Part shown: piece after piece, positions 1 through 10,320 of the stretch | Position numbering within the stretch: the stretch's first letter is position 1 | How the letters are laid out: each line of letters starts with the position of its first letter | Origin: Carpediemonas membranifera BICM | Lineage: Eukaryota > Protista > Fornicata | Assembly (NCBI GenBank): GCA_019828565.1 | Contig: JAHDYR010000034.1 | Span: forward strand, 88,209 to 152,208 | Direction: 5' to 3' | DNA length: 64,000 nucleotides | The notes under the pieces: model-generated | What the model was told of the DNA's origin: nothing | Database searches by the model: none | The model's input: only the letters and a program-made list of their open reading frames with translations | Position numbers and translations under genes: made by a program

Positions 1-268
1 CGGGTTGAACTGGGACAGCCTGACGAGCGACGTGCTGACCGTCCGGCCCCGCGGCGACATCGTGTCCGCCATCGACAAGCAGGGCGGCAACGTGCAGTTT
101 GTGCGGTGCTCGAAATACGACTCTGTTCTCAGCCCGCTCAAGTGCCACAGCGTTGCCCGCACGGCGTGCACCCTCGCGATGGACTGCGAGTTCCCCGCAG
201 AGGGATACAAGGCCTTCTGTGTCGACAACGGCTTCTGGACCGAGGATGGCAAGGAGACCAACAAGTGA
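1..268 (+). CDS. 3' end of a host protein-coding gene (5'-partial, function not recognised)
   Basis: Frame is open from the window edge to TGA at 266-268, third positions are strongly G/C, and an AT-rich 3'UTR-like stretch follows (AGTGAAC overlaps the stop). Confidence 0.6.
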   Translation, partial: GLNWDSLTSDVLTVRPRGDIVSAIDKQGGNVQFVRCSKYDSVLSPLKCHSVARTACTLAMDCEFPAEGYKAFCVDNGFWTEDGKETNK

Positions 269-903
269 ACATATACATTAATCATTCAGTGTTTTATAAA
301 GCCTGTTCCCAGAAGTAGCCATGCATCACTGTAACAACAGGCAGCCTCGCGCCTAAGATGAGGAAATCGGTCGACCACTCATAAAGCATTCGAGACACCG
401 GTAACACTGCCATGCCGAGACTATGTTCGGTGGCTCAATGAGTACTCTGCGAGTGCGCGTAAATGCGCCGACAAGACTCCGGCGCGGGGAGCGCGGACGC
501 GTTATTCGGTCGCTCGACTTTGGCGCGGATTTCGCCAAGTCGGAACAGAAGCTTGAAACCGCGAGTTTTCTTCGTGCGACCGCGCCAGCACGGCCCGGAC
601 TCGAGCCGGGCGATCATTTGGCGCACGTTCGAGAGCAAGCCACCAATAAACGTTGAGAGGTACCGAATTCTGGAAATGCCAGTCAAGCAGGGGACCACAT
701 TGGTCTTCCAGTGCCACCTAGGCGTGGCGAGTTGATTGGATTTGATATGGTCAGGGTGATTCGGAATTTAGATCTCAGACAAATCAGGACTATTGCAGAG
801 TAGAGAGAATGAGTGATCCGCAGGCAGATGCAGCCATTACCTTACATGGAACCGAAGTTGAAAGCGCCGGAAGAACCCGGTTCAGCCCCTCAGGCTGTTA
901 AGA

Positions 904-1590
904 AGAAAGAAAGAAAGAAATTTATGGTGCTTGGATTCTGACCCCGGACTGAGCTTGTTTCCCGTTGTCTTGGAGCTGAGTGCCCCGGGGTACTGCCTAT
1001 TTCCCGTGGCAAACTGGTCAGCAGCGTTTGCCTTGGGCTTTCGGTGCTACTGTCTCCGCGGAAAGCCGATTCCAATCGCCCCAGAGGCCCTGCGGCCATC
1101 TCCGTGCAAATATGCTTTCCTGTCTCCCTGAAAGTCCGGCAACTATCCGGGGAGCCTGGGGGTCTGTCCTCGGGGCATTGACAGGCAGGATCGTCCTGCA
1201 GAACCTTGACTATGACACTCCTTGCTTCCCTGCAGTCCTTGTAGAGCCGTTCAGCCACGGCACCCTCTCGTCTGTCCGGTTCCCCAATTCCATGCCCCCT
1301 CGACTCTGTTAAGAAGCCTACCCGAAGGCGGGGAAAGTGACTAAGTCCATGCTGTCTACCCCGGTTAGGTGGCGTGGGTCAGGGCATGGGTGGTGTACCC
1401 CCAGGCACTGGTGACCCAGTTAAGGGCAAAACGATTGACGAGTGTATGATTTACAATGAATGGTACGTAGACCATAAATATATGAGTAGCCCCGTGACAC
1501 TGGGCTTGGTTGTCCTGTTACCCCTTACAACATTTCGCTTGCACTACATGTCCTTGGTTTCCCATGTCGTTAACAAGGGCGGCAGGGGCA
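904..1590 (-). mobile_element. SINE-like / non-autonomous target-primed retroposon insertion (~687 bp)
   Basis: Flanked by a 17-bp direct repeat CCCTCAGGCTGTTAAGA (887-903, 1591-1607). The minus strand ends ATAAAT followed by a (TTTC)4 tail (905-920). No convincing ORF. Confidence 0.6.
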
Positions 1591-1615
1591 CCCTCAGGCT
1601 GTTAAGATGAACCGA

Positions 1616-1678
1616 AATAAACATCTTACCCCCCCTTTGGATTAAGAACACATGTTAGTTGGCCAAGAAATATGGCTA
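1616..1678 (+). repeat. Orphan B-type terminal repeat of a YR retrotransposon (solo A-B remnant)
   Basis: AATAAA, C-run, TTTGG ... ATGTTAGTTGGCCA-N7-TGGC. Same layout as the B2 ends elsewhere; ATGTTAGTTGGCCA is shared with 37871-37884. Confidence 0.6.
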
Positions 1679-1685
1679 GATGGAT

Positions 1686-2100
1686 TCCTGTCACAGGACC
1701 ATCACTGGCACCTGCGCGCGCCGATCAATGTGCACTTTATGTCACACTTCGAAACGCATCGGCAGGTGTCTGCTTCGTGCTCGAAGTTAAGTGGCGCTAG
1801 GGAGCGCAGCTGGCAGGTTCCGGCGTGGGTCGGAAGCAACCGACCAGATTTTATTTAGGCTATGTATCCGTCCAAATTCGACACAATGATGTCGAGACGT
1901 CAGTGCTCATGAACGAGGCCGTGGCCGCGCGAGTCTACCACGCTCGGCGGACAACAACTCAGGCGGCGCAAGCCGTCGATATTTGCGGACGTGAGAATTT
2001 CACGGACAGTAAATATCCTTCCCCCATTGGTTTACACAGCGATGAGCTAGTGCGGATGTGTCAGACATCCGGGGTAGCCACCCGAGGTAAATACTCGCCC
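1686..2100 (+). repeat. Solo A-spacer remnant of the Y5 family, with a second A-B remnant nested inside and cut by G1
   Basis: 1686-1770 matches Y5 A2 (48877-48961) with one mismatch. 2069-2100 resembles the Y5 spacer (49024-49055). Internal GTAAAT..CCCCCATTGG B-like motif at ~2009-2050. Confidence 0.7.
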
Positions 2101-2660
2101 TGTGGTCTGAGCTCAAAGTCAAGTGCAGTTTATGTAAACGTTCATTGCCAACAGTAATTACTGAAGCTTAGAGCAATATGGGACGAAACGAGAACTCAGA
2201 AAAGAAGCCGATTCTTACGGAGTTTAGCTTTGAGGCTTTACAATCATGGATAAGAGATTTGGAGGCTTACAAGTTGGGAGGCGGAAGCGGATGGGCATTC
2301 AAGCTGGTTACGCAGGACATTCGCATGCAACTTAGATTGATCTCCACTACTTACACGCCTGAGGACTTCGCAATTCCGCGAGAAGACGCCGACGGCGTTG
2401 AACTCACGAAGCGCCAGCGTCGAAAACTGAAGAAGGCGCGGGACAAGAAGTGGGTCGATGCCTTGCTGGGAGCACTTCGCCCTACAGATGAGACTACCGT
2501 TCGCGCAGCTTTTAAGTCCCTGAAGGCAACTAGCGTTCAACCCCGGGACATCGCCGCGTACATCACCGAGTTTCAGCGTGTGCACGCCATCATGGGCGAC
2601 GCAACCACTAAGACTCTGAACCTTCGAGAGCTCTTCATCCAAGGCATCCCGGCCCCCAGC

Positions 2661-2787
2661 TGTCGTGGATCTTTAGATCCATGCATATATTTATTCCTGA
2701 TCTGATTACGATCTGGTCTTGATTTGTCTTTTATTTTTAAACACTTCGCATTGTTCGTTGTTGTTCTACCCCCGCGCGCCTACAACA
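2661..2787 (+). repeat. G2 5' LTR
   Basis: Identical to 7113-7239; TG...CA termini. Confidence 0.95.
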
Positions 2788-2799
2788 GTAATATTACTG

Positions 2800-5700
2800 A
2801 TGAACATTGAGCAACTAACGAATTATTTCGCCCCATACCTGTCGTCCACTAAGGCAAAGGGCTGGTACTCCTTCAGAGAAAGCTACTACCTTTACGCCGT
2901 TCGAGCACGCGATCCTGCGCCGATATACGAGTGCGTTGCACGCACTGTGCTTGAGACTTTCGCCCTTGAAAGTGAAGACGTTCGACGCTTGATGCGTTAC
3001 GTAGCCCTCCGACGCCAACGCCCTCAGGCCCAGCCTCGAGATCCACTTCTCTTTCTTCCGCCTCCGGCAGAAGAACAAGCTCTCGACGACGACAGCTCCA
3101 GTGATTCTTCATCCTCCGCCTCTTCCTCTTCCTCCTCCGAAGCTCCTGACCACGTCTCCATCGACTCTATCTTCTCCCACGAGTCCGACATGAACGATCC
3201 GACGATGCTTTACGCTTCAGCCCAGCATCTCAACAAGTTCTTTATTGACGCCGTCAACCGTATCTTCAAGCCCCGTGACAAGCAGAGTGCCCTCGATCGC
3301 TTCAACGATATAAGCTTTTCGAAGGGCCGCGAGCTATACGAGAACATGATGCACTACTGTCTGCTGTACCGCCGTACCCTGCAAAACTGCTGTGACGTTC
3401 GCCCCAAGGAGTCTCATCTGGTAACCAAATTCCTATCGAACATCAGCGACGCCCGTCTGCGCCAAAGGTGCAAGACCGAGGCCGACAAGCGCAGTCTGCG
3501 CAAGACGATGCAGCTCTCCCTCACACAGGCCAAGGGGCAGGAACGCGTTCGGTACGAGACCAAGGCAGAAGCTGAATTAAAAGATCAGCCCTGCCTTGAG
3601 TTGACTGAAGATTACCTGGACGCTATTGATGAAGCCCATTCGTGCACCGATGTGCGTGATCGACCAATCTACCCAATTCACCTTGGGGACCACAAGGTCA
3701 TGGCACTATACGACACTGGAGCCACCGCGAATTTCCTCAGCCTAGCCCTCGCGAAGTCAATCGGTGTCACGCTCAATCCAGAGCGCCATCGTATCAGGCT
3801 AGCCACCGGACAGATTGTTGTGTGCACCCATATCGCGCAACTCTCAGTCCACTTTCCCTCCGTGACAGGCCACGACCTGACAGCCGATATCAAGTTTATC
3901 ATCCTCCCAAACCTTGATTTCGACGCCGTCATTGGCTTCCCCACGTTACGGAACACAGGCCTTTTCGAGATCCCAGAGGTCTCCGACATCTCCATCCTGG
4001 ATGACGAGGAGGACATGGAACTGGACGCCATGGCGGAAGAACCCGATGAGCCGCGGATCGAACTATTTAGAGAAGAGATCCAAAGGCTACTGAAGAAGTA
4101 CGACGTCACCGGCGACATTTCGTCCCCATCTCTCCTAGATCCCTTCACCATACGCACCAAGGATGCCCAAGTCATCAACCGTTATCCATACAGATACTCC
4201 GACTCCGTGATGAAAGAGATTCATCGTCAAACAGACACCCTAGAGTCTCTACGAGTCCTGGAGCCGTCTGACTCCCCATACAACAACCCTATTGTCATGG
4301 CTGGCAAACGCAACGGTGAAGCCAGGATGTGTCTGGACTTTCGGGAGCTCAACAAGGTCACCCTGGACCTTATACATCCCCTACCATTGATCGATGACCT
4401 CGTGTCTCATCTCGAGGGCATGCAGTTTTTCGCTGCCTTGGACCTCACAAAAGCATTTCACCAGGTTGAGATTGACCCCCATTCTAGGCCTCTCACAGCT
4501 TTTACAGCTGGAAAGAAAAAGCTGCAATACTGCAGTATGCCCTTTGGGCTGAAAAACGCGCCTATTCACATGCAGCGGGCTCTTGAGAAGGCTATGGGCG
4601 GTGCACTCTACACTAAGTGCTTGGTCTACATCGATGATATAGTAGTTTTCGGCCGATCCAAAGAGGAATACCTCGCAAACCTTCAAGATGTGCTGTCTCG
4701 CCTTTCCAGGCATGGCCTGAAGCTCAATCTAGCGAAGTCTGTGTTCTCCGCCACGGAGATAGACTATCTGGGCTGGCGCATTGACGCACACGGTAAGCGG
4801 GTCTCCTCTGATCGCCTCGACGCCATTAAGGCCCTACGCCCCGCGACATCTCTCACTGGTCTCCGCGCCCTCATTGGTCTAGCTAACTACTTCCGCGCTC
4901 TCCTACCCGACTACGCAACGAGGATGGAACCCCTTATCTCACTCACGAGGGCATCCAAGTTTGACTGGGGACAGGAGCAGGACGCTGCCTTAACCTGGAT
5001 CAAGGACCGCCTCTTGAACGAGGAAGTCCTAGTCCACCCACGTCCCGGAGAGGCACTGCATTTATTTACAGACGCTTCTGACGTCGGGATAGGCGGTGTG
5101 CTGACCAACTCCGAGGGAAAACCCGTCGCATATTTTGCCAAGACTCTCTCGTCGACACAAAGACGATGGAGCACTATCGAGAAAGAGTGCTTCGCAATAT
5201 TCCACGGCATTACGAAGCTTAGGCGCTACCTAGCCGGCAGAGTGTTTGAAATCCACACGGACCACCGCAATTTGACTTACATGCACCACAGTATCAACGC
5301 GAAGGTCATGCGCTGGGCCATGGCACTCTCCGAGTACGACTACAGCATCAGCCACGTCGCTGGGGTCGATAACGGCGCTGCCGACGCTCTCTCTCGACTA
5401 TTCACTTTGGACGACGTCCCTGACGAACGTTTCACCACCTTCCAAGCTCACCACAATGGCTCAGTAGGCCATCTTGGCCGTGACGCCACCTGCCGGAAAA
5501 TCGCTCAAGCCGGTCTCTCATGGCCCGGCATGAAGTCCGACGTCCGTCGGTTCATTGGCGAATGCCCGGTTTGCCAGCTGGTGCGCTCTAAGCGATCCAC
5601 TATCCCGTCGGAACGCCACTCTCTCATGGGGAGCTATCCCTTTGAAGTGGTCCAGGCTGACTCGATCGGCCCCATGGACGTCCCCGGGTGCCACTCTTAC

Positions 5701-6657
5701 GGCCTTGTCGTGGTGGACACCTTCTCCCGTTTGACACAGGCTTATCCCACCACCGATACAACCTCATCCGAGGCTATCCGCGTCCTGTCGTCTTGGAGAC
5801 AACACTACGGCACCCCTGCCACTCTGATCACTGATGGAGCCTCGCAGTTCTGTTCTGAGGAGTTCAAGTCCTTCTGCAACCAGTCTAGCATTATTCACAA
5901 GGTCGGGACACCCTACCACCCAGCTGGGCAAGGATCCGTAGAAAGGCAGAATGAGGAGGTTAAGCGCCACCTGCGCGCATATCTCTTGGAGAATGATGGT
6001 ACGTGGGAGGAGGGTGTGAACCAAATCACATCAATTATCAACAACGCCCCTCTCAGCACGTCTCAGCTATCGCCGAACCAGGTTTTATTCGGGAAGGAAG
6101 TACCGATACCTGCAGGCTCTCTCTCCATGGAGCTCTTCTACTCCACACTCCAGGCTTTGAGGTCCGAACAGCTCAAAATGACCTCCCGGCAATCCCCCAC
6201 AGCAACGCACGCAGCGGAGCACCTCGTGGGTCAGGGCGTGATAGTTCGCAGGAACACTACCGGCCACGTGATCACACGCGGTCCTTGTCGGATCATCCGC
6301 AAGGCCGAGCGGCCGAATGTGTACATTGTTCGTGACTTCACGCTCAACAAGGACTTCGAAGCTCATGCTGACTCGCTAACTCACTTCAGGGGCACCTACA
6401 CCGACAAGGAGCTTGCCGACTGGGCCGCCCGTCACCAAGGTGAGTACCTAGTCCGGTCCATCCTTGCTCACCGGGTCCGAGCTGGACGGCTGCAACTGTC
6501 CGTCGCGTATGAGGGGTACGATGACGCCGACTCCACATGGAACGAGTTCGATAAGTCTATGGATCAGCTCGAGGCGTTCGAAGCGTACCTTGCCGCTCAC
6601 CCCAGGCTCAAGAAGAACTTAAGACGGTACAAGTGGTGGCTTAAGCCATCATCATAG
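2800..6657 (+). CDS. gag-pol: G2 Gag-Pol polyprotein (PR, RT, RNase H, integrase, chromodomain), intact, 1285 aa from ATG 2800
   Basis: YDTGA protease; MPFGL and YIDD RT; FTDASD..TDH..AADALS RNase H; HHCC and D,D(35)E integrase; C-terminal EYLVRSILAHR..YEGYDDADSTW chromodomain. Confidence 0.95.
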   Translation: MNIEQLTNYFAPYLSSTKAKGWYSFRESYYLYAVRARDPAPIYECVARTVLETFALESEDVRRLMRYVALRRQRPQAQPRDPLLFLPPPAEEQALDDDSSSDSSSSASSSSSSEAPDHVSIDSIFSHESDMNDPTMLYASAQHLNKFFIDAVNRIFKPRDKQSALDRFNDISFSKGRELYENMMHYCLLYRRTLQNCCDVRPKESHLVTKFLSNISDARLRQRCKTEADKRSLRKTMQLSLTQAKGQERVRYETKAEAELKDQPCLELTEDYLDAIDEAHSCTDVRDRPIYPIHLGDHKVMALYDTGATANFLSLALAKSIGVTLNPERHRIRLATGQIVVCTHIAQLSVHFPSVTGHDLTADIKFIILPNLDFDAVIGFPTLRNTGLFEIPEVSDISILDDEEDMELDAMAEEPDEPRIELFREEIQRLLKKYDVTGDISSPSLLDPFTIRTKDAQVINRYPYRYSDSVMKEIHRQTDTLESLRVLEPSDSPYNNPIVMAGKRNGEARMCLDFRELNKVTLDLIHPLPLIDDLVSHLEGMQFFAALDLTKAFHQVEIDPHSRPLTAFTAGKKKLQYCSMPFGLKNAPIHMQRALEKAMGGALYTKCLVYIDDIVVFGRSKEEYLANLQDVLSRLSRHGLKLNLAKSVFSATEIDYLGWRIDAHGKRVSSDRLDAIKALRPATSLTGLRALIGLANYFRALLPDYATRMEPLISLTRASKFDWGQEQDAALTWIKDRLLNEEVLVHPRPGEALHLFTDASDVGIGGVLTNSEGKPVAYFAKTLSSTQRRWSTIEKECFAIFHGITKLRRYLAGRVFEIHTDHRNLTYMHHSINAKVMRWAMALSEYDYSISHVAGVDNGAADALSRLFTLDDVPDERFTTFQAHHNGSVGHLGRDATCRKIAQAGLSWPGMKSDVRRFIGECPVCQLVRSKRSTIPSERHSLMGSYPFEVVQADSIGPMDVPGCHSYGLVVVDTFSRLTQAYPTTDTTSSEAIRVLSSWRQHYGTPATLITDGASQFCSEEFKSFCNQSSIIHKVGTPYHPAGQGSVERQNEEVKRHLRAYLLENDGTWEEGVNQITSIINNAPLSTSQLSPNQVLFGKEVPIPAGSLSMELFYSTLQALRSEQLKMTSRQSPTATHAAEHLVGQGVIVRRNTTGHVITRGPCRIIRKAERPNVYIVRDFTLNKDFEAHADSLTHFRGTYTDKELADWAARHQGEYLVRSILAHRVRAGRLQLSVAYEGYDDADSTWNEFDKSMDQLEAFEAYLAAHPRLKKNLRRYKWWLKPSS

Positions 6658-7112
6658 CCGCAACATGTCCATACTGCACGTAAATGGACCTCTGTTTCTT
6701 CGTTCTCTACCGCTTTCACCGCCACCATCCGAAAACTAACTAATTTGAACATAACTAAGTAACTGGTGGTGGATACCGCTTCTATACGGCTAACTACTTG
6801 ATATTGATTACTTATATGGCTCGTCGTTGAGATCTTAGGCGGCTACGAGCTCGAACGGAGGGAAGAAAGCGAAAATAGCGAGAACTCGCCATTGAGGCCT
6901 CGTTGGGCCTTCTAAGGGCCATTTTCTCGCTCTTGTTGGGATCGTGCTCATTCAACTGGCATTACTTCCAGCAATAGGAAAACTCGTTGGATGTCGTCAT
7001 CAATTGATTGCTGACGAGATTTTGATCCTGATTTCCCCTTTAGAGCATCCCGAGGGAGCAACTGGGCTCACCATAGCTCAGTGGCGCCCAATTACTGACC
7101 ATGGGAGGGAAG

Positions 7113-7239
7113 TGTCGTGGATCTTTAGATCCATGCATATATTTATTCCTGATCTGATTACGATCTGGTCTTGATTTGTCTTTTATTTTTAAACACTTCG
7201 CATTGTTCGTTGTTGTTCTACCCCCGCGCGCCTACAACA
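7113..7239 (+). repeat. G2 3' LTR
   Basis: Identical to 2661-2787; preceded by the PPT. Confidence 0.95.
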
Positions 7240-7820
7240 CCAGTCTCCGCTTCGAGGTCAAGGACAGGACCAAGGAGGACACCCCTCTGGCCGAGGTTCT
7301 CTCACTGGCGAACAAGGTCAGCAGGGATATGGTGCAAGACCTAGAGCGAGTTAAGACTTTCTTGCCCGACATAGGGTACAAGCTGGTCAAGACGACGGAC
7401 GAAGCCAGGACTCGCAAGGCCCCGCCGGTGGACCGCGCGGCCAAGCGTGACAACAGGACACATGAGCACGCGCCCAAGGACATCAAGTGCTTTAACTGTG
7501 GCGGCGGGCACCGGATGAGCGAGTGCCCTAAGCCCATTAGGCATTGCAAGAACTGTGGCATGTTCGGTCACACCGCAACCGAGTGCAGGAAGCCGAGTAA
7601 ATCGGCCACGTACATGTCACTGATTACGGATGGCGCCCACGGGCGACCTGAGGTGACGGCCCAGGTCGATAGCTACAGTCTGACTGCGCTGCTCGATTCT
7701 GGAGTAACCGTCAATTTCATCGATGAAGCGAAGACCTCACGACTGGGGGCGACGGTCGACCCGTCGGTACGCTTGAACGTTCGTCTGGGCGACGATAGGA
7801 TTGTCCAAACTCTCGGCTGA

Positions 7821-10320
7821 GTGCAGCTGACTGTCACGGTTCCCGGAGTCTTGAGCAAGGTCCAGGCCTCGCTCGAGTTCCACGTGCTGCCACATTTGCC
7901 TCGACCGTTGGTCATCGGTTTCCCGACCATGGCTGAGCTTGGATACCTGCGCCTCCCGACCGTGGACGCTGACGATACCGACGCGGTCGTCATGGTGGAC
8001 GACGATGAGGAGTGGGAATGGCTCACTCATATGGGGATCGTCGACGCTGACATAGGGACTATAGAGATTGAGCTGAAAGATCGCGATTGGATCAACAATC
8101 AGCAGCCAAGGCGGAGGTCTGCAGCGGCAGAGGACGGCCTGCGAGAAGAGGTCAGGCGACTACTAGAAGAAGGAGTCATCGAAGAGAGCGACTCACCCCA
8201 CAACAACCCAGTGGTGATGGCACACAAGCGGGGTGGAGAGTGGAGGCTGTGCATAGACTTCCGCAAATTGAATAAGAATACGGTGCCGATCAAGCACACA
8301 ATGCCTAGAATTAGTGACCTGATCGGCAGCCTCGAGGGCTGCTCGTGGTTCGCGACTCTCGACATGAGGTGGGCCTTCCATCAGGTGGACCTGGACCCGG
8401 CAGCACGCGAGCTGACTGCATTTACGGCAGGAGGCAAGCGCTACCAGTACGCGAGAATGCCGTTCGGGTTAACGAACGCGGCTGCGGTGATGCAGCGCAA
8501 CCTTGAGCGACTGCTGGGCGGCCTGGTTAACACGGCATGCCTGGTATATATAGACGACGTGGTCGTCTTCGGCAAAACCGAACAGCAGTACCGTGAGAAC
8601 CTTAGACTGGTGCGCGAGAAGCTCGACAGCGCTCGCGTAGTACTCAACGAGAAGAAGTGCGCGTACGACTTACACGAGATTGATTACCTGGGCTGGCTAG
8701 TCTCCGGAGAAGGAAAGCGCATCAGCCCAGACCGCCTAGCGCCCGTCCGGAACCTTCGTGCCCCACGGGGGAAGGAGGACATCCCGACCCTGACCGGGTT
8801 GACGAACTACTTCCGTGACATGATCCCGCGCTACGCGGAGATGATGGAGCCTATACTTGTCCTCACACGGAAAGACGTTGAGTTTAACTGGACACGCGAG
8901 TGCGACGAGGCTCTGACGCAGGTGAAGCAGCGACTCACCAGCGACGAGTGCTACTTGGCACACCTTGATCCCGACAAGACGATTCATCTCTTCACCGACG
9001 CATCCAACGTCGGAGTAGGAGGTGTCATGGGCCAGTACGACCAGCAAGGCCGTTTCAGACCCGCTTATTTCTTCAGCAAGACGCTGACCGCGGTAGAGAG
9101 ACGTTGGTCGACATATGAACAAGAGGCCTACGGCATCATATACTGCGTGAAGAAGGCTGGAGGACTGTTAGCCGGCGAGCATTTTATCATACATACAGAT
9201 CACAGGAACCTGTGCTACATCGCTGATGCGGTGAACCCCAAGGTGCTCAGGTGGCGACTCATGCTCAAAGAACACCGCTTCACAGTGGTCCACGTTCCTG
9301 GAGCAAGCAACGGAGTCGCCGACGCCCTGTCCAGGCTGGTCCCCACCGAGAGCCTGACCGTCCTCGACCATTCAGTGGATGAGTTCGGTCGCCAGTTCAA
9401 CATGGTCCACGGCGGGACCAACGGCCACCGGGGAATATATGAGACGACAAAGGCCCTCAGAGAACTGGAGTTTGACACTCACCGGACAGTGGGTCACACC
9501 CCGTTCGAAGTGGTACAGTTGGACACGATCGGACCACTGCCGTTGGTGGATGGGATGCGTCATATAATTGTCGTAGTTGAAACGTTTAGCAAACTGGTCA
9601 ACTTGTTTCCCTCACCGTCCACTGACGCTGCGAGCGCAGCTAGCGCGATACTGGACTGGGCCAGCAGATACGGTCGCCCAAGAATGATTCAGACCGACAA
9701 CGCGACACAGTTCAGAAACGCAGTCATCGCAGAACTGACGAGTCAGCTGAGCATTGGCCAGAGGTTCTCGACACCATATCATCCTGCTGGAAACGGAATA
9801 GTCGAGAGAGTTAACGGTGAGATTATGAGGCACATCCGAGCGCTGATGGCCGACTGCGGACCGAACACGACATGGCTGAGTACCGTGCGGGACGTACAGT
9901 ACATCGTCAATTCAGCGGCGTTTTCGCGGTCAGGACTAACCCCGTTCGACGTTCTATTCCCACGGAGCGACAGGGCGGATGAACCTACCCCTGGCGGCCT
10001 CATCTCGTTCAGGAGAGCCGTGGAGGTGAGCAGAGCAATACAAGAAGAGGCGCTCGCCCGCACGGAGGGGAAGGGAGACATCGAGGACGACCTCGAGCCG
10101 GGTAGCTACGTGCTCCTGGAACGGGTGGAGCGGGTCGCTAAGCTTCAGGACAAGCTTCGCGGGCCCATGCTGCTTGTAGAGCGCGCCGAGCACCCCAACA
10201 CGTACGTGGTACGAGATGTGAACACCCAGAAGGAAATGGTCGTGCACGCAGAACGCCTCAGAAAGTTCGTGACGACTGCCCCTCTGGCCGAGATCGAGGC
10301 CATGGCCGGCGATGAGAGGG
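7821..10320 (+). pseudogene. pol: G1 pol (RT, RNase H, integrase), damaged
   Basis: YIDD RT, FTDASN RNase H, QLDTIG..TDN..VER integrase. The CxxC half of the integrase zinc finger is deleted in frame, and beyond ~10320 the ORF reads into antisense G3. Confidence 0.9.

Larger units (their letters stand above)
2661..7239 (+). mobile_element. Complete chromovirus-like Ty3/Gypsy element G2
   Basis: Identical 127-bp LTRs TG..CA (2661-2787, 7113-7239), PPT GGGAGGGAAG at 7103-7112, TSD CCAGC/CCAGT, single gag-pol ORF. Confidence 0.95.
2178..7820 (+). pseudogene. gag: G1 gag-protease (2178-2660 joined to 7245-7820, split by G2)
   Basis: Removing G2 and one TSD restores the frame (QGIPAPS|LRFEVKDR). 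Two CCHC knuckles (CFNCGGGHRMSEC, CKNCGMFGHTATEC), protease LLDSG, in-frame TGA at 7818-7820. Confidence 0.85.
2101..10320 (+). mobile_element. Ty3/Gypsy LTR retrotransposon G1 (interrupted by G2, 3'-truncated)
   Basis: Putative 5' LTR TG..CA at 2101-2153, then palindrome CAGTAATTACTG, gag ATG at 2178, and PR-RT-RH-IN order. No 3' LTR in the window. Confidence 0.85.

Noticed and set aside
2719-2799. N-terminal extensions of ORFs 2719, 7176, 13213, 26464, 34944 and 56307
   Set aside because: They run into LTR, TIR or non-coding DNA, mostly from non-ATG starts; downstream ATGs or element boundaries were used instead.
7089-7099. ATTACTG near the G2 PPT pairing with the 5' palindrome (RNA cyclisation)
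   Set aside because: Only 7 bp and not seen at the same position in G4.
7818-7823. Programmed stop-codon readthrough between G1 gag and pol
   Set aside because: The TGA falls inside the protease domain and this copy has other lesions, so a nonsense mutation is simpler. Cannot be excluded without other copies.
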